A DNA stretch of 63,638 nt, counting the filler, from Phoronis australis (Eukaryota; Animalia; Phoronida), in assembly GCA_002633005.1 (NCBI GenBank). It is 6 parts of 6 records of this genome, joined end to end, with 100 filler letters (N's around TTAATTAATTAA, not from the genome) between each part and the next. Parts side by side here need not be neighbours in the genome. Positions count along the whole stretch, not along the records: positions 1 to 28,168 come from NMRA01000622.1; 5 more parts are not named here. One strand, written 5' to 3'. How positions within the stretch are numbered: position 1 is the stretch's first letter; each line of letters starts with the position of its first letter. This document shows, in pieces, positions 1-12,315 of this stretch. The translations under genes were made by a program, and so were the position numbers. Below the pieces are notes generated by a model. That model saw nothing but the letters and a program-made list of their open reading frames with translations, was not told where the DNA came from and searched no databases.

Positions 1-329
1 GTACTAACAGTACAGGTCTTCATTCTTAAACAGCTTGAGGCTGTTGCGATCATCTGATATTCAAGTTTTTACGCCCCGTGGGTGCTCCTTATGCTCTTCA
101 ATGTTTGGTAGTTGTCTAAACCCCTGTATACACACCACACTCTTTCGTATGCTAAAAAGGTGTGTGTAAGCAGATGTTCCAACGAAAATTTTTGCTGGTG
201 GCGTGACTCATACCCATATGTGCACAAATATGGTTTCACGAAACTTATGAGCCAAAAATCGAGAAGGGTTTTTAATTATCTTAAGAAAAACTCCAGGGAC
301 ATGTCAAGTGCCAGAAAAGTACCAGGATG

Positions 330-498
330 CATGGAAATTTCACTGTTTGGCTACAAAAACAAAAAGTTGTCTTACTCGGGAGGGGGGGTTTACCCTCTCT
401 CGACCTCCACCCCCCCCCGCTCGGCGCCACGCGCCTCGGATTCGACCTTTGCGGGAATCCTAAACCCCCCCCTTACTGAAAACGTAGATCCGCCACTG
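330..498. mobile_element. Right end of a CAG...CTG (hAT-like) non-autonomous element
   Basis: Ends in GTAGATCCGCCACTG, the same terminal motif as the MITEs at 6872, 27524 and 62007. Left end not identified; start coordinate approximate. Confidence 0.5.
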
Positions 499-945
499 AG
501 TGCTCTGCAGGAAATGGTTTGAACATGACAATCATTCCTCAATTGCCGATGCCAGTCAGATCCATACAACCATGAAGAACAATCCAAGCTATCATCGTCA
601 TCTTCATCATCACCATTATCATCATCATCGAAACCGTACAATGTTTTTGATTTGCGGGCAGAGACTGCATGCTTTCTTGTATTGTTTTTAAAACAGTTTA
701 AAAACATCATTACTGTGCATAAACGGAGGTGGTGGAGGGGGGGGGGGTGAAGGAAAAGTGAAATGTGGGCCCACGAATTTAACCCCGTCGACTGCAACTC
801 ATAGACTACATAGCGAATCAAGATACAATGTATTGTTCTGTTCGCGTCATGAGACACGTGGTCGAGCTTCCGAGCTGTACACCTCATTTTTGACTTCTCA
901 TTACAACTCATTTACAAATCACTAACACGCCTTTTTACATTCCAG

Positions 946-1055
946 AGACGATAGACCATGTTTTAAAAGAGGACGACACAAATCAGGATGGTTATATTTC
1001 TTATGTGGAATTTCTAATCGCAAGGAAACGAGATGCGGTCAGGAACAAGATGTGA
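946..1055 (+). CDS. MCFD2: Terminal coding exon of an MCFD2-like EF-hand protein (upstream exons not identified in the window)
   Basis: Branch-like ACTAAC (921-926) and a pyrimidine tract ending TTCCAG precede TIDHVLKEDDTNQDGYISYVEFLIARKRDAVRNKM*. The canonical EF-hand loop DTNQDGYISYVE in the context IDxVLxxDDxNxDGYIxYxEF matches the MCFD2 C-terminus. Confidence 0.8.
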
Positions 1056-1622
1056 AAACTAATTCCAAGATGGCGATCATAAGACGATATTATGGTTGCT
1101 TTGTTTTCAAAACGACCTTTTGGCGGATTCGTTATTTATAAAATCACGATTAAGTTTGAAATAAAACACAAAATGATCATGGCGGTATCATTTCCATAAC
1201 GGACGTGGTCAAATTCGACCTCGCAAATTGCAACCTGGAGGACCTGAGAAGTGTCGGATACTTGTAAGTACAAATTTGATGCACGAACAGGTCGCCAACA
1301 GCCCCGGTAACTACAAAAGTTACTTTTATCTACAATTACTTTTACCAATGAAATCATTTGTCACATTAGATATGGGCAAAGACGCACACAAAGTGAACAT
1401 CGAAATCGACACAAATCCACCACATGTATGTTGAATTCCCGCACAACCTGTGCAGCTTAACAATTACCAGTAAAACAAAGTAAATCAAGGCGTTCATGTT
1501 CATCTTGAGTGATCTTGTGATTCCACGAGGTTTTCGCGTCTGCGCTGGAAGCAAACGCCTGGCAGATACCTTCAATTCCTAAAATGTAACATATGTGTCA
1601 AATTTCATGATGTTAACGTTTA

Positions 1623-1757
1623 CAGGGGCGGATCCAGGATTTTGAGTTGGGGGGGCATGGTAGAGTTTTAGCCAAGATTTTGCCCGTCAGCCATTTGCAC
1701 CCCCGAACAGCCAAATGGAATGTAGGAGAATTTTAGGGGGGCCACGGCCCCGCCACA
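1623..1757 (+). mobile_element. Truncated copy of the CAGGGGCGGATCC MITE family
   Basis: Starts CAGGGGCGGATCCAGGATTTTGAG. Internal sequence matches 27524-27664 and the reverse complement of 62007-62166. Confidence 0.75.
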
Positions 1758-2190
1758 GGTTTATCAAGCGGTTCCGTAGATTGAGAAGCGAACAAATAGA
1801 GGTGCATGTAATAGAGCAGTGAAGTCGACAGGTGCTGGCACATTCCCGTCATATACACGGTTACAGGTGTCAAGTTTCATCAAGGTCCCTTCATGGGTTC
1901 TCAACCTGTCACCCGGGCTTTAGTCGGGGAATAAGTTGTCCAATATTAAAACAACCAACAGGGGATTCTATAGTAGTTAAGTCTGTCTAAAAATCCGCTG
2001 GTATCGGTGCACCCTCGTCATATATGTCAGTTCAGTTTTAGCAAGTGCCACCGATAAGTTGTCTGGATATCAGCCGGAAACACCTTTCTTTAAAATATGT
2101 TATCGAAAACTGAAATGACCCCTGTCTCAAGTTCCAATAAAATACGTCAATTCCCTTTTTCAAGGTGTCATCGTGAAACGTTGAGAGCTA

Positions 2191-5100
2191 TAGTCGGTGG
2201 GCCAGATTTTGTAGGGCCTCTAGAAAATGTTTTTTGTGAGTACTTTAGGGGGGCAATTTTATTTTGGTGTTTTTTAATTCATTTATTAGAGTGTTTTCAA
2301 AATCTAAAAAGTTCCCACATATAAAGTTGCACATTTTTGAGAAATTTGAGTTTGAAGTTACATAATAATCACCAAAGAGCTTAGTAAACTTATATTTGTA
2401 AAAACAACAGTTTTGGTGACTTTTTTGTAAAACAAGTAATATGGTCCCATCAGTGCCATTGTATTGAACAATATTACACTCACATTACACGTTTTACTAT
2501 TGTAAATTAATTGTAAACAGTGAAATTTAAAAAACGTAAAGAGACACCTAGTGGCAAAAATGCAAACTAAGTCTGAATGTTACTAGGAAGTTATTCTGGC
2601 ATTGTCAGGCAACAAAAATAACACAAAACACTTGAGACTGGGCAAAATTTGTGCCTCAATGACTAAAACATTGACTAATGGTGTAAAATACAGCTTGTTT
2701 GCATAATACACCAGAAATACGTTATAGTACAAAAACAATATAGTTGAATGATCTCTGTGAATGTGCACAAAGACTGTATGAAAATAATAGATTATTCTGA
2801 CAGCGTTTATCAAGCAGTATGAGACAAATACATGACAATGATCAAAGTATGTACTTTCTATGACTTAATCAACAAATAAAATTAACTTTTTAATACAAAA
2901 AAGGAAATAACGGGGTTGGAGGTCTATTTAGGGTTGACTTGTCAAAGAACTATCCAATGTTATGCAGTCAGTGTTGCTGATGTTACTACAGTTGTCACAG
3001 CTGCACATTTCTGTACAGTTTGACCCAGCATTGCAGCACAAACTCAGTTTCCCAGCACACATGTTCTTTTTGCACTTGCAGCGTTCATCGTTTAGTACTG
3101 TCAATGGAGATGCGGTCATTGCCATACATATTAACTGCAAAGCTCCACCGCCAAGGAGCCAACTATGGTCGATTAGAGAGGGTACAGCACTGCACACTGG
3201 TGATTAGCCCGCAGGCAATGAAGGGTCAAACACTAAGTCCTTGTTTGGAGGCGGGCACTATTTGGGCAAACGTTTGATTCAAAATATGTTATAATGGGCT
3301 GTGTTAATTAGAGTCAGCAAGTGAATTATTGAACACTAGCCTCAATTCACTTTCGTATCTCTTAGTCAGGCACAAACTACAACAGTGAGTAGCTTCAACA
3401 ATATTTCTTAAGATTGCCTGTCCAAATAACTTCATGCACACCAGCTTTCTGAAGAACAGCTTCAAAGTCTTGCTTTATTTTTGAAAGGCAAATGACATCT
3501 CCATGTGCTAGAAGCTTTGATTCAATGAACTCCAAACAAAACTGTAGAAAAACATCTCTGAAAACTGGGGATTCGTCACTCTCCACAATCTTTGTCTTTC
3601 TCTTTTTTACAGCATGATGATCTGTGGTACTTGGCTTCTAAGACACAAGGTCTTTATCTTTGAATTTCATTTGCATATTCAGGGCTCTGGACTGAGCTGT
3701 TGCTTGCGATACAAGTCCAACTGAAAAAAACCCGAACTGTTAACACTAATTTAACATTCAACTATGAGTGAGTTGGCATGCAACTTTTTCAGACGGACGT
3801 ATCAGGAGCTGATCCACCACCAGCCTAACAAATTTACATGCCGTTTGATCTGTAGCCTAATAATGTTGATCGTCTAATAATTAGATCAGTAGATGCAGCT
3901 GAAAATAAATCAGCTGATATACCTGTGCAGTGATTGAAATTTAATTTTTTTAAATCAGATGCTCAAACCATAGTCAATCGATTTACACTTAAGGTAATCG
4001 ACGTTTGACGAAATGGACAGTGGCTTCCATCGTCCTCAAATTTCGACGGCGACGATGGCCACTTAGGCACTTTAATTTAATTATCATTGCAGCTGCTACC
4101 TAAGTAATTAATGTTTACAAAAAATTGAGACTACGGCAGGGGATGACGGCCACTTGGGCATGTTGTTTGCAACTATCTACTCCATTTAACCTTCTCAAAA
4201 ATTTTAGACTTAAAGTGCTTTAAAATCACACCCACAGTATAACGCCATAGGATTATCCCTTAGCGCAAGCAGTGTCGATGTGGCAACTGAATGGAGTGTT
4301 CGAAAAACAGGATTGCAGGAGTATTTGTTTAAACTGGGAACAAATGAAAACATTAACGACCTCCTCAGAGGCATCTCTCTACGCGGTACTTCTAAACTTA
4401 TAGGAACATAATTTGCCGAAAAGTATCCGGCATATGAAGTACCTATAGTATGATCATCGTCTCTACTGGGTCAGCAGTATTGTCTAAGGCCTAGGCAGTC
4501 AAGGGGCTGAACAAGTTAAAAAACAACTGGTGATAATACTGAATCACACGTGGAAAACACCAAAATGTATTTTTAAAAAACACGTACCTGTTTTTGAAAG
4601 CTATACTTCTTTCTCTTTCTTGAAATGTGGCCCATAATGTACTTTTCCTGCTAACAAATGATGCACTCATGTTTCAGAATGTTCCTATCTTGTTCAGGTT
4701 AATTGGGTGTTTCAGATTTTGGAAGTGATTGATTTTCTTGGGAAATCTTGGATAACATCTGTATCACTTTCAGCAACTTCAGCTTTAGTACTACTGTTGG
4801 TGCCTTGAAACGTTGCTATGCCGTTCTATGTCCTTTCAATTTTCTGGTCTGACACTTGGTATTCTAGTCTATAGCACTCAGCAGTATACTGTGTAGGCTA
4901 CCAGGGCATGCAGCTGTTTTCTGCACAAACGTTTGTGACACCTCTTCTTCTTTTTGATCTACTGATCTACAGAGTTCCACAGTCAATCAGCTTTCGTCAG
5001 GAAGCTTTCCTAAGCTTCTTTAGGCTCTGACATCACAATTTTGTGCTGTTTGATAAACCTTGAATTATACAGACATCACATTCCATGGGAGCAGCCATAT

Positions 5101-5356
5101 TGAAGTAACTAAGCACAACAATACAATCTGGCTCTCTGATTGGTCAATTCACTAGAAAAGCGCCATCAAGTGGCAGGAATATGCATCATATTTTGTGCAA
5201 CAAAAACACCTTTTTTAAAAAAAATGTGCAAGTGTAGACGTGGGAACTTTTTGGAATTTGATTTTTAGTTATATTATCTAGCCACATAGAAAAAACTAGG
5301 TTGCCCCCCCAAAGTACTCACAAGGGTGAACGCTATGAGATCTGGCCCACCGACTA
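2191..5356 (-). mobile_element. Academ-superfamily DNA transposon, internally deleted and degenerate
   Basis: TIR TAGTCGGTGGGCCAGAT (2191) pairs with ATCTGGCCCACCGACTA (ends 5356), and imperfect inverted similarity extends ~150 bp. 3-bp TSD CTA at 2188-2190 and 5357-5359. Minus-strand remnant PSLIDHSW...CKCKKNMC...CCNAGSNCTEMCSCDNC resembles the Cys-rich C-terminus of Academ transposases. Confidence 0.85.
2928..3720 (-). pseudogene. Degraded Academ transposase fragments
   Basis: Cys-rich C-terminal ORF (2928-3197) and an upstream fragment (3395-3586), interrupted by stops. Catalytic core not seen. Confidence 0.65.
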
Positions 5357-5687
5357 CTAGGGCACATTAATGTTCCCGAAAACGACTGGTTCATAATATA
5401 TCTGTGTGACATGTTTCATCAGCACCCTTCAATCGTTTGTCGAGAAAACATACAGAAAAATTCTAGCAAGCATGATTTTGTAAATTAAAAAGGTGCCTAG
5501 GAGGTACTGAAGTAGTCGGAGTAGAAATCGCCCCATGACAGTGCAGTTCTGTCGTATCAGAGGTCGACTTGGTACATGTATAAAATTTTATTAAAACTAT
5601 TCAGGGAATACATAGTCGGAATTAAAATGTCCATTAGGTGAATCTGGGAAAATGTGTCCACCCTAAAATTAATGCCGACGCGTGCTA

Positions 5688-5842
5688 TGATACTCTGTAA
5701 TGTTACATTTTACGTTATTGTTACATTTTACGTTGCTAAGCCTCTCCTAAAATGTAACAAGTTGTTGTACTTTACGCTACATTTTATGTCGAACGCACAT
5801 GCGAGAAATGTACCATTGCTTCACTTTACGACACCAACGTCA
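5688..5842. mobile_element. Short TG...CA element built of GTTACATTTTACG / GTAAAATGTAAC motifs
   Basis: Shares GCCTCTCCTAAAATGTAACAAGTTGTT and GCACATGCGAGAAATGTACCATTG with 45572-45754. Confidence 0.7.
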
Positions 5843-6871
5843 TATTACAAAGAGAATGACCAAAGTTAAGAATAAGTGGTATCTAACCCAGCCGGGATAC
5901 TCAAGTATTTGCAGTGGTCTCGTCTGCTCTTCAGTGAAAGGCAGATTCAACCTTTTTTGCGGAGAGTGCGAGGAACCAACAAAACTGTAATTTCATCAGT
6001 TAATACAATTTGAAAAAAAACAAACTGTTCACTAAAAGTATTTCAACGTTATATGGATTATATTGTAAACGAGTATATAACAGAAAGCAAATAATAAAAA
6101 TGTGAAATTATGTACGTTCACGTTATCGCACTCTCTCTCTAAATTTAGTAGAACTGGACCATTGGTAGCCGCTCGTGGAATTAGTTCCGTGTCAACGATA
6201 GCGCTGCGCTACTTCAGTTCACGTTCTCACGCCACTTTCTGTTTTTAATCACCAGACTTGAGCCAGAGCAGGCTTGCGTGCAGGTATATCTTATGGGAAA
6301 GTCCAATGAGCTACATACATAGAGGTGACACGACTGTATTCGCAAGCCAGACAGCGCGTGATACGCGGTCCGCTATATTGATAATGAGCGATACAAAAGC
6401 ACGGTGGCCTTATGGAAGCCGGGGAATTTTCAGAAGAAAATTTGAAATTTTCAATTTTATCGAGGTTTTAAAATATTGGTAACATAAAGCAATGTAAACA
6501 TGTGACCCACGCAACATAATATTATTCCCCAATTATTTTACAGGGAATCGCTGCCGTTATGGCCTGGGATCTCTTGCCGGTTTACGAATTACACCGCATA
6601 CTTTTTATAATTGTTTAAAAATACCTCGATGACTTTAATACACACATGAGAATTTAGTTCTTAACTCGTTTTGTTTTAGCTAAGCTTTGAACTTGCTTGT
6701 TAGTTGTTTACAAACCGGATAAGATGATCAGCTGGAAAGGAGACACTCCCATCAACCATTGCATTCCTAAAATATACATGAAGTTAATTTTTGTCAGCTT
6801 TAGCCCAAAGAGATCATATTTAATGCCTCGGGTAATTTATGAACTTCCCCTCAACCTTTGAACTGAAATTT

Positions 6872-7247
6872 CAGTGGCGGATCCAGGATGTCATAAGGGG
6901 GCGGGCCCAACATTTTTTCTCCGGGAATCGCACAAAGCACGATTGCGTGGGCGCACCCAGCCTAAAATATAGGAGGGCTCGGAAAAAAAAACAAAGAGAT
7001 GGGAAACCGATTGCGCCGGCGATCTGACTTGGACAGTTGCAATCTGGTTTGAGCCCCCTCCCCCACACACACATGCACACACAAACTAAAACTGCACACA
7101 TTGTTATATATTGTTTCAAACGTATACTAATTACCGGAGTTAGTCAATAAACTAAATATTTCCTCACGCTCTTGCTGTTTTATTTTTTCCGGTAGCCAAG
7201 GGGAGGGGGGGTGGTGACCCGGGCCCACCCCCATAAATCCGCCTATG
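6872..7247. mobile_element. hAT-like MITE with 5-bp TSD
   Basis: Termini CAGTGGCGGATCC ... AAATCCGCCTATG, flanked by AATTT at 6867-6871 and 7248-7252. Confidence 0.75.
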
Positions 7248-8962
7248 AATTTCACTGAAACACTGCTGGCCACCGAAGTACCATATGCTTGGATAGATAG
7301 TCCCTAAAACTGGCTGCAATTATCTACTTCAGGTTGTATCAACCAAGAACATGTATACGCGTTTTTTGAAAATGGAAAAAATGTCTTAGCCTGTATTCAT
7401 GTTTGCGCCGTCACAAATAAATCTGTAAGACAGTTGGTGATACCTCAGTGATACTCTGGGTGTTTATCCTAAGTGGAAAACTGATTGTGTATATTTTGAC
7501 ACTCTATTGTCTCAAAATTTAAACCATTGTATCATAGACCAAAATGCAGCTGATTGGGTGGGCTCAGAATTTTAGATAAAGTACGCACAATGTTAATGTT
7601 TATATCAATGTACCCCCTTGGATCTGCGCATCCTGCATGGGATCGCAGATTTTCCACCAATAACATTAAGAATGACAAGGGTAACAAAAAACATGTAACC
7701 TCATAAATCGTTGGTGTATGCCCTCTTCCCGTGAGAAGATATCTGTCAATGTACATAATTATCTTAAAAGTGGCTTGGCCGACAGAGAAGGTGATGGCAA
7801 AACCAACTAAAAATAAAAACAGCCTCTAATAACCAGTAACCATGGCGTGTAAAAACAACGCATTGTTCGTATGTTCTTTAAAACTTCATGTAGTCAACAC
7901 AAATATTGCCTGCTGATACTATTTTGGCACAGTTTTGCTGTTTTTCCATTAAGCTAATCTGACTGCTTGTGTAGACCATTGATTAAGGCAATATAACAGA
8001 TAGACTAACAAGCTAAGTCCATTTCCTGTTGACTTAACCATTCGAACTAGCCACGGCTGAAGAACATGCTTTGCTAATGTCCACTTCAGGGTTCAACTGG
8101 TTTAAGGTTGTTTAATTTGGCAAGTTAGTACTAAAAGCTTGACACAGCTTTCTAGGGAGTAGATGAGATGAACAATTGTTTCTGCTATTTAATTCTCCCC
8201 TGCAATTTTGTTTTATTTGAATTAGTACATTTTCAGCTCAAAACACAGTTGCACAGGGCTTCAAAGGTGCATGCGAATTAAGAAAAATGCAAATAGTTAT
8301 TTTCATCAACGAGCATCCACTCCTTTTCAAATATTTTGGCCAGGGATTCAAACAAATTCCATACTTGAAACCTCAAAAGACCAAACATTACAACATTGGT
8401 TCTGACCTGTGAGTGGGTCATTTTGAAAACCGCCGACTCACTTTGTAGACAGAAAAATTCGACCAAATTCAGCTGGCATCAGGTGACACAGGGGGGAAGA
8501 CAGCCTGAACCATTTCAGCCGACATCAAATAATGCTGAAAAAAACGTATACCGACCCGTTCTTAACTTCAAGCTGGCATAATACGAAGTTTTTATTCCAA
8601 AATTTGGACAACTTAAAACTAGCACATCGCATCAACTTCACTGAAAAAATCACAATTGGAACCAAATATGCTGTTTTTGTAGGACTGCCATAAAATTCAC
8701 TGGCCTTTGAACAAAATGAGCTTGGTAAGCTTCTGCCTTACATTACAGGTATTGAATGATGCAGTTTGGAGTTATGCACTTAAATGCTGCACAATACACG
8801 GGCATCACGACCCACTATGGTTCATCAGCAAGATGGCGGCCCACTCCGCTCATCGAAAACCACGTGATGTCAACTCTAGTTATATTTATCTCATTGAGAA
8901 AGTCACTCAGCTACGTAATAAGATTGTGAAATATGCAACAAGCACAAAATACCAAATTGCCA

Positions 8963-9287
8963 TAGGTCGTGGGTCGATTGGGTCGTGGGTCGATGGGGTC
9001 GTGGGTCGAGGGGGTTGTGGGTCGGGGGGTCGTCGGTCTAGAGGTGTGGGGGTCGTAAAATGCTCGGGGGGCTCAAACGAGCCCCCCATTTGGCGAATTG
9101 GGCAAAAATGTCCGCCTCAGAGAAACAAAAAGTCCGAGAAAATGAGACAAAAGTCCACTAAAAAGGCGCAGACGCACGGTTCTGGAAGTGGTACCCCGTT
9201 TTTTTAGTCCTCCCGCATTTTTGTTAGCAAAAGGTCCACTTAGTCAGAAATTCGAGCCCCCCATATTAAAGGCGTGGTGCGCGCATG
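8963..9287. repeat. GGGTCGT-type short tandem repeats followed by a MITE-like remnant
   Basis: Degenerate (GGGTCGT)n at 8963-9057, then CGAGCCCCCC / AAAAGGTCCAC motifs ending GCGCGCATG. Confidence 0.5.
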
Positions 9288-12200
9288 CAACCACACTAAA
9301 GCGCTAGATTTGGACATTAATTTGATTGAATTGGCCGCGAAATCAGTTTCAACCATGTGGAAAAGTTTGAAACATCATTAATTTGTGTATTCATTATTTT
9401 TGTTTTAGGTAATTAACAGAGGGCAATGACCGTTTGCAACTACCGTCACTGGATCACACTGGTGCTGAACATGTATTAAACACTTCAAACTCATGCTTAA
9501 TTAATTTTAAAACCAATGTGATCAACTGAAATGGACCCTAATGATGTGATCAACTGAAATGGGCCCTCTCAAGTTTCAAGTATAATTTGAAGCATAGTTC
9601 AGAATCCGTTAATAGGTTATTTTTATGTCAATCTCGTTTTCCTTTTTTTCTTAAAAGTAAGTTTTATTCAGACGAGGATAATAACTGTGAGCGTACTTGC
9701 ATTGTGTTCAAAATGGTCATGAAGTTTATAGGCACCTCTCAGTAAGCCTAGATCTCACCTAAACACCATTTCTGGCTTCGCAACAAAGATAACAATCATC
9801 TGGAAGCGTTTAATTTTTAGTCAATGTTATTTTGAATTGCTATTCTGTGCCGGTTTTTCAAGTTGCAGCCTATTCAGTTGGATAAACGCCACTGAAATTG
9901 AACTCTCGCAAGTAAAGACAAACGCCTGCTGCCTTTGCCGGGTGTGCTAAATGTACAATACATTATAAATCTCAGATCATATCGCAAATGCTTTCACTGA
10001 GAGCTGACGTCAACATGAATTCCAAACCCCCGACAAATCAGTTTGTCGATGAGAAGCCTCCGTTGACCGGAATCGACCGTTACAACATCGGAGAGGTATT
10101 TCAAACGTAGGTGGCAGAATCCTAAACATGACCTGAGTTTGCCCCTGCGCGCAGTGTACGTAATTGCATATTCCATGAACGCCAAAACCGAGAACAGATG
10201 TCAGACTAAATGCCGAAGTGTACAGTTCAACATTCTCCAAGTTTGAAGAGAACCAAACTAATCGACTGACTGTTTATAGGATCTCTGCAAGGTAGGAATA
10301 TGCAAGCTTCGACAACACAGTGTTAGATCGGCAGACACAGCGCTTTACATCACATCGAAACGGTCTTATTATTAGCTAAGTTGAGAATCAGCGCTCATTG
10401 GTTTCCTGAAAAGTTCCCTAGAGCTTGGAACTTTATGCTTGACTTGGTTAGGTAAGTTATGAACACGGTAAAACAAATCGCACGTTTGGGCAATGCAGAT
10501 AACGAAACAGTCTGTCTGAGGCTGAGCTGCGTTGGTACCGATCTAAACTATTCAGAAAGAAATGTACTAAATGTGTTTTGCTGTTACTTTACAAAAACGA
10601 AGTCGAGCTAGGTAGGATATGATGTAATTCAGTATGTGTTCAGCACAGCATTCATACGTGATGCATAAAATGTGCATATGTGTATGCGTTTCAACAAAAT
10701 ATTCCTGGTAGTTTGTTGCGTGTACCTTAGAGAAGTCTCAATAATGCACGATCCACAATGCTTCAATACTTCAGAAAAATGGTATAAGTTTAAAATGTTC
10801 AAAGTCTATTGCATTCCATTTTACGATCACCACGTCGAAATTAAACTTGTCACGAATGAATTAGTTGCTACTATAAAACAGAATTAAGTGTCATCAACTT
10901 GGAAGTTGGTCCAGCCCAATTTCGATTGAGTTGACCTATCCTGGCAAATGCGATGGGCTTATTTGAAACCCTTTTTACTTGCTGGCACCAAGAATGAGAT
11001 GTACATTTGTATGAAGAAGGGAATCAATTTTTTTCTGTGTATGGAAAGATAGAGGCATAGTTTGCGTAGCACGTAAGCTGGAGGGCCTTGTGACAACATA
11101 TGCCGATTGTTATGTTTTAATATTTATTAAGAAAACTATAATGTACAATAACAGGAGTTAAGCCAAGAAAGCGCTGAAAAGCATTATATCTGGGCCTCGT
11201 AGGCCTACATGTATGCCAGTAACCACTGGTCCCTGACCTGTAGGCGCCTAAACAAAGCTTCGTAAGTACCCTTTCACCTGGCAACTTTATTTTGACATTT
11301 CCACCTCATTCATAGGTGTACTTTTCAAATGTAAAAAGGTCCCTGCGTTTAAAGGTAAACATTATTGTGTGTTTTGCCAATGATGAAACGTGACAAAATG
11401 GTGAATTAGTGTACAATGCAACATAGTTGATCTAAAACGTTGTCTCAGGCATTGAACAGACACATTTGAACACAGTTTGTCATATTCAAGAAATCGAATG
11501 AGTTAAACGGGTCAAAATAGCAGTACAATAAGCTTTTTAGAAGTCACACAGCCAAATATTGGCAGGATACGAAACTAAATTGATTAGAAATACCTGAACA
11601 GTTTTCATATTTGTAACATTAAAGTGATGAATTTAGGTTTTCAACTAGTTTCAACGGAACGCGTAGGGGAAGTGCTGTTATTTTGATAACAAACAGTATG
11701 AAAAAGTAGAATTTGTTAGACAAATAGTAGGAAAAAGTGGGACAAAAGAGAAAGTCAATTCTGAACTAGTTTCTGCCTACTTTTTCTGGAGATACTCCCA
11801 CCATATCACAATCAAGACGTACTACAGGCTTGTATAGCGCTTTTAAAGTGGCATGGACCGCGAAAACTCGTGAAAAATACGTTTTAAAAGATCCGTAACG
11901 AAATTACCTTCTTGCAACCTTCACTACAGAGTTATTCACTTCCCCCTGAAAAGGAATTTCCGCAAAAAATCACCCAATTCGTGGTTTTTGAAAGAAGTAC
12001 GAAAAAAGCTTACATGGTAACCACTTATAACTGCCTGTCTTCCTATCACTGATTATAAATGCACGCATGCGCTCACTCTGTCTTAGTCACTGTGCTCTGG
12101 TCGCTTCTTCATGTTTTTGCTATTGAGAGACCGTTATCGTCTTTGCTCTCAACATTGGACAAATCTGTGACTGTGATACATTTTGCTCTTGCCTCTACGA

Positions 12201-12315
12201 TACTTCTTGATTCGACCATTACTTGAGATTTGATCATTCAGCTGATCTGTAGTGTTTGAGGACGGTGCTGCGTTAATAATCGCAGGCCGCGTTTTACAAG
12301 ACAATACGAGATAAG

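Noticed and set aside
500-691. Poly-His (+) and poly-Asp (-) ORFs
   Set aside because: Both arise from a degenerate (CAT)n repeat in intronic DNA; no suitable donor site or recognisable domain.
9994-10240. Overlapping short minus-strand ORFs
   Set aside because: No recognisable motif or convincing splice pair.
11847-12315. Possible long terminal direct repeat of KolobokP type
   Set aside because: No internal inverted copy of the terminus before the ATG, and the right end is missing, so it cannot be supported.
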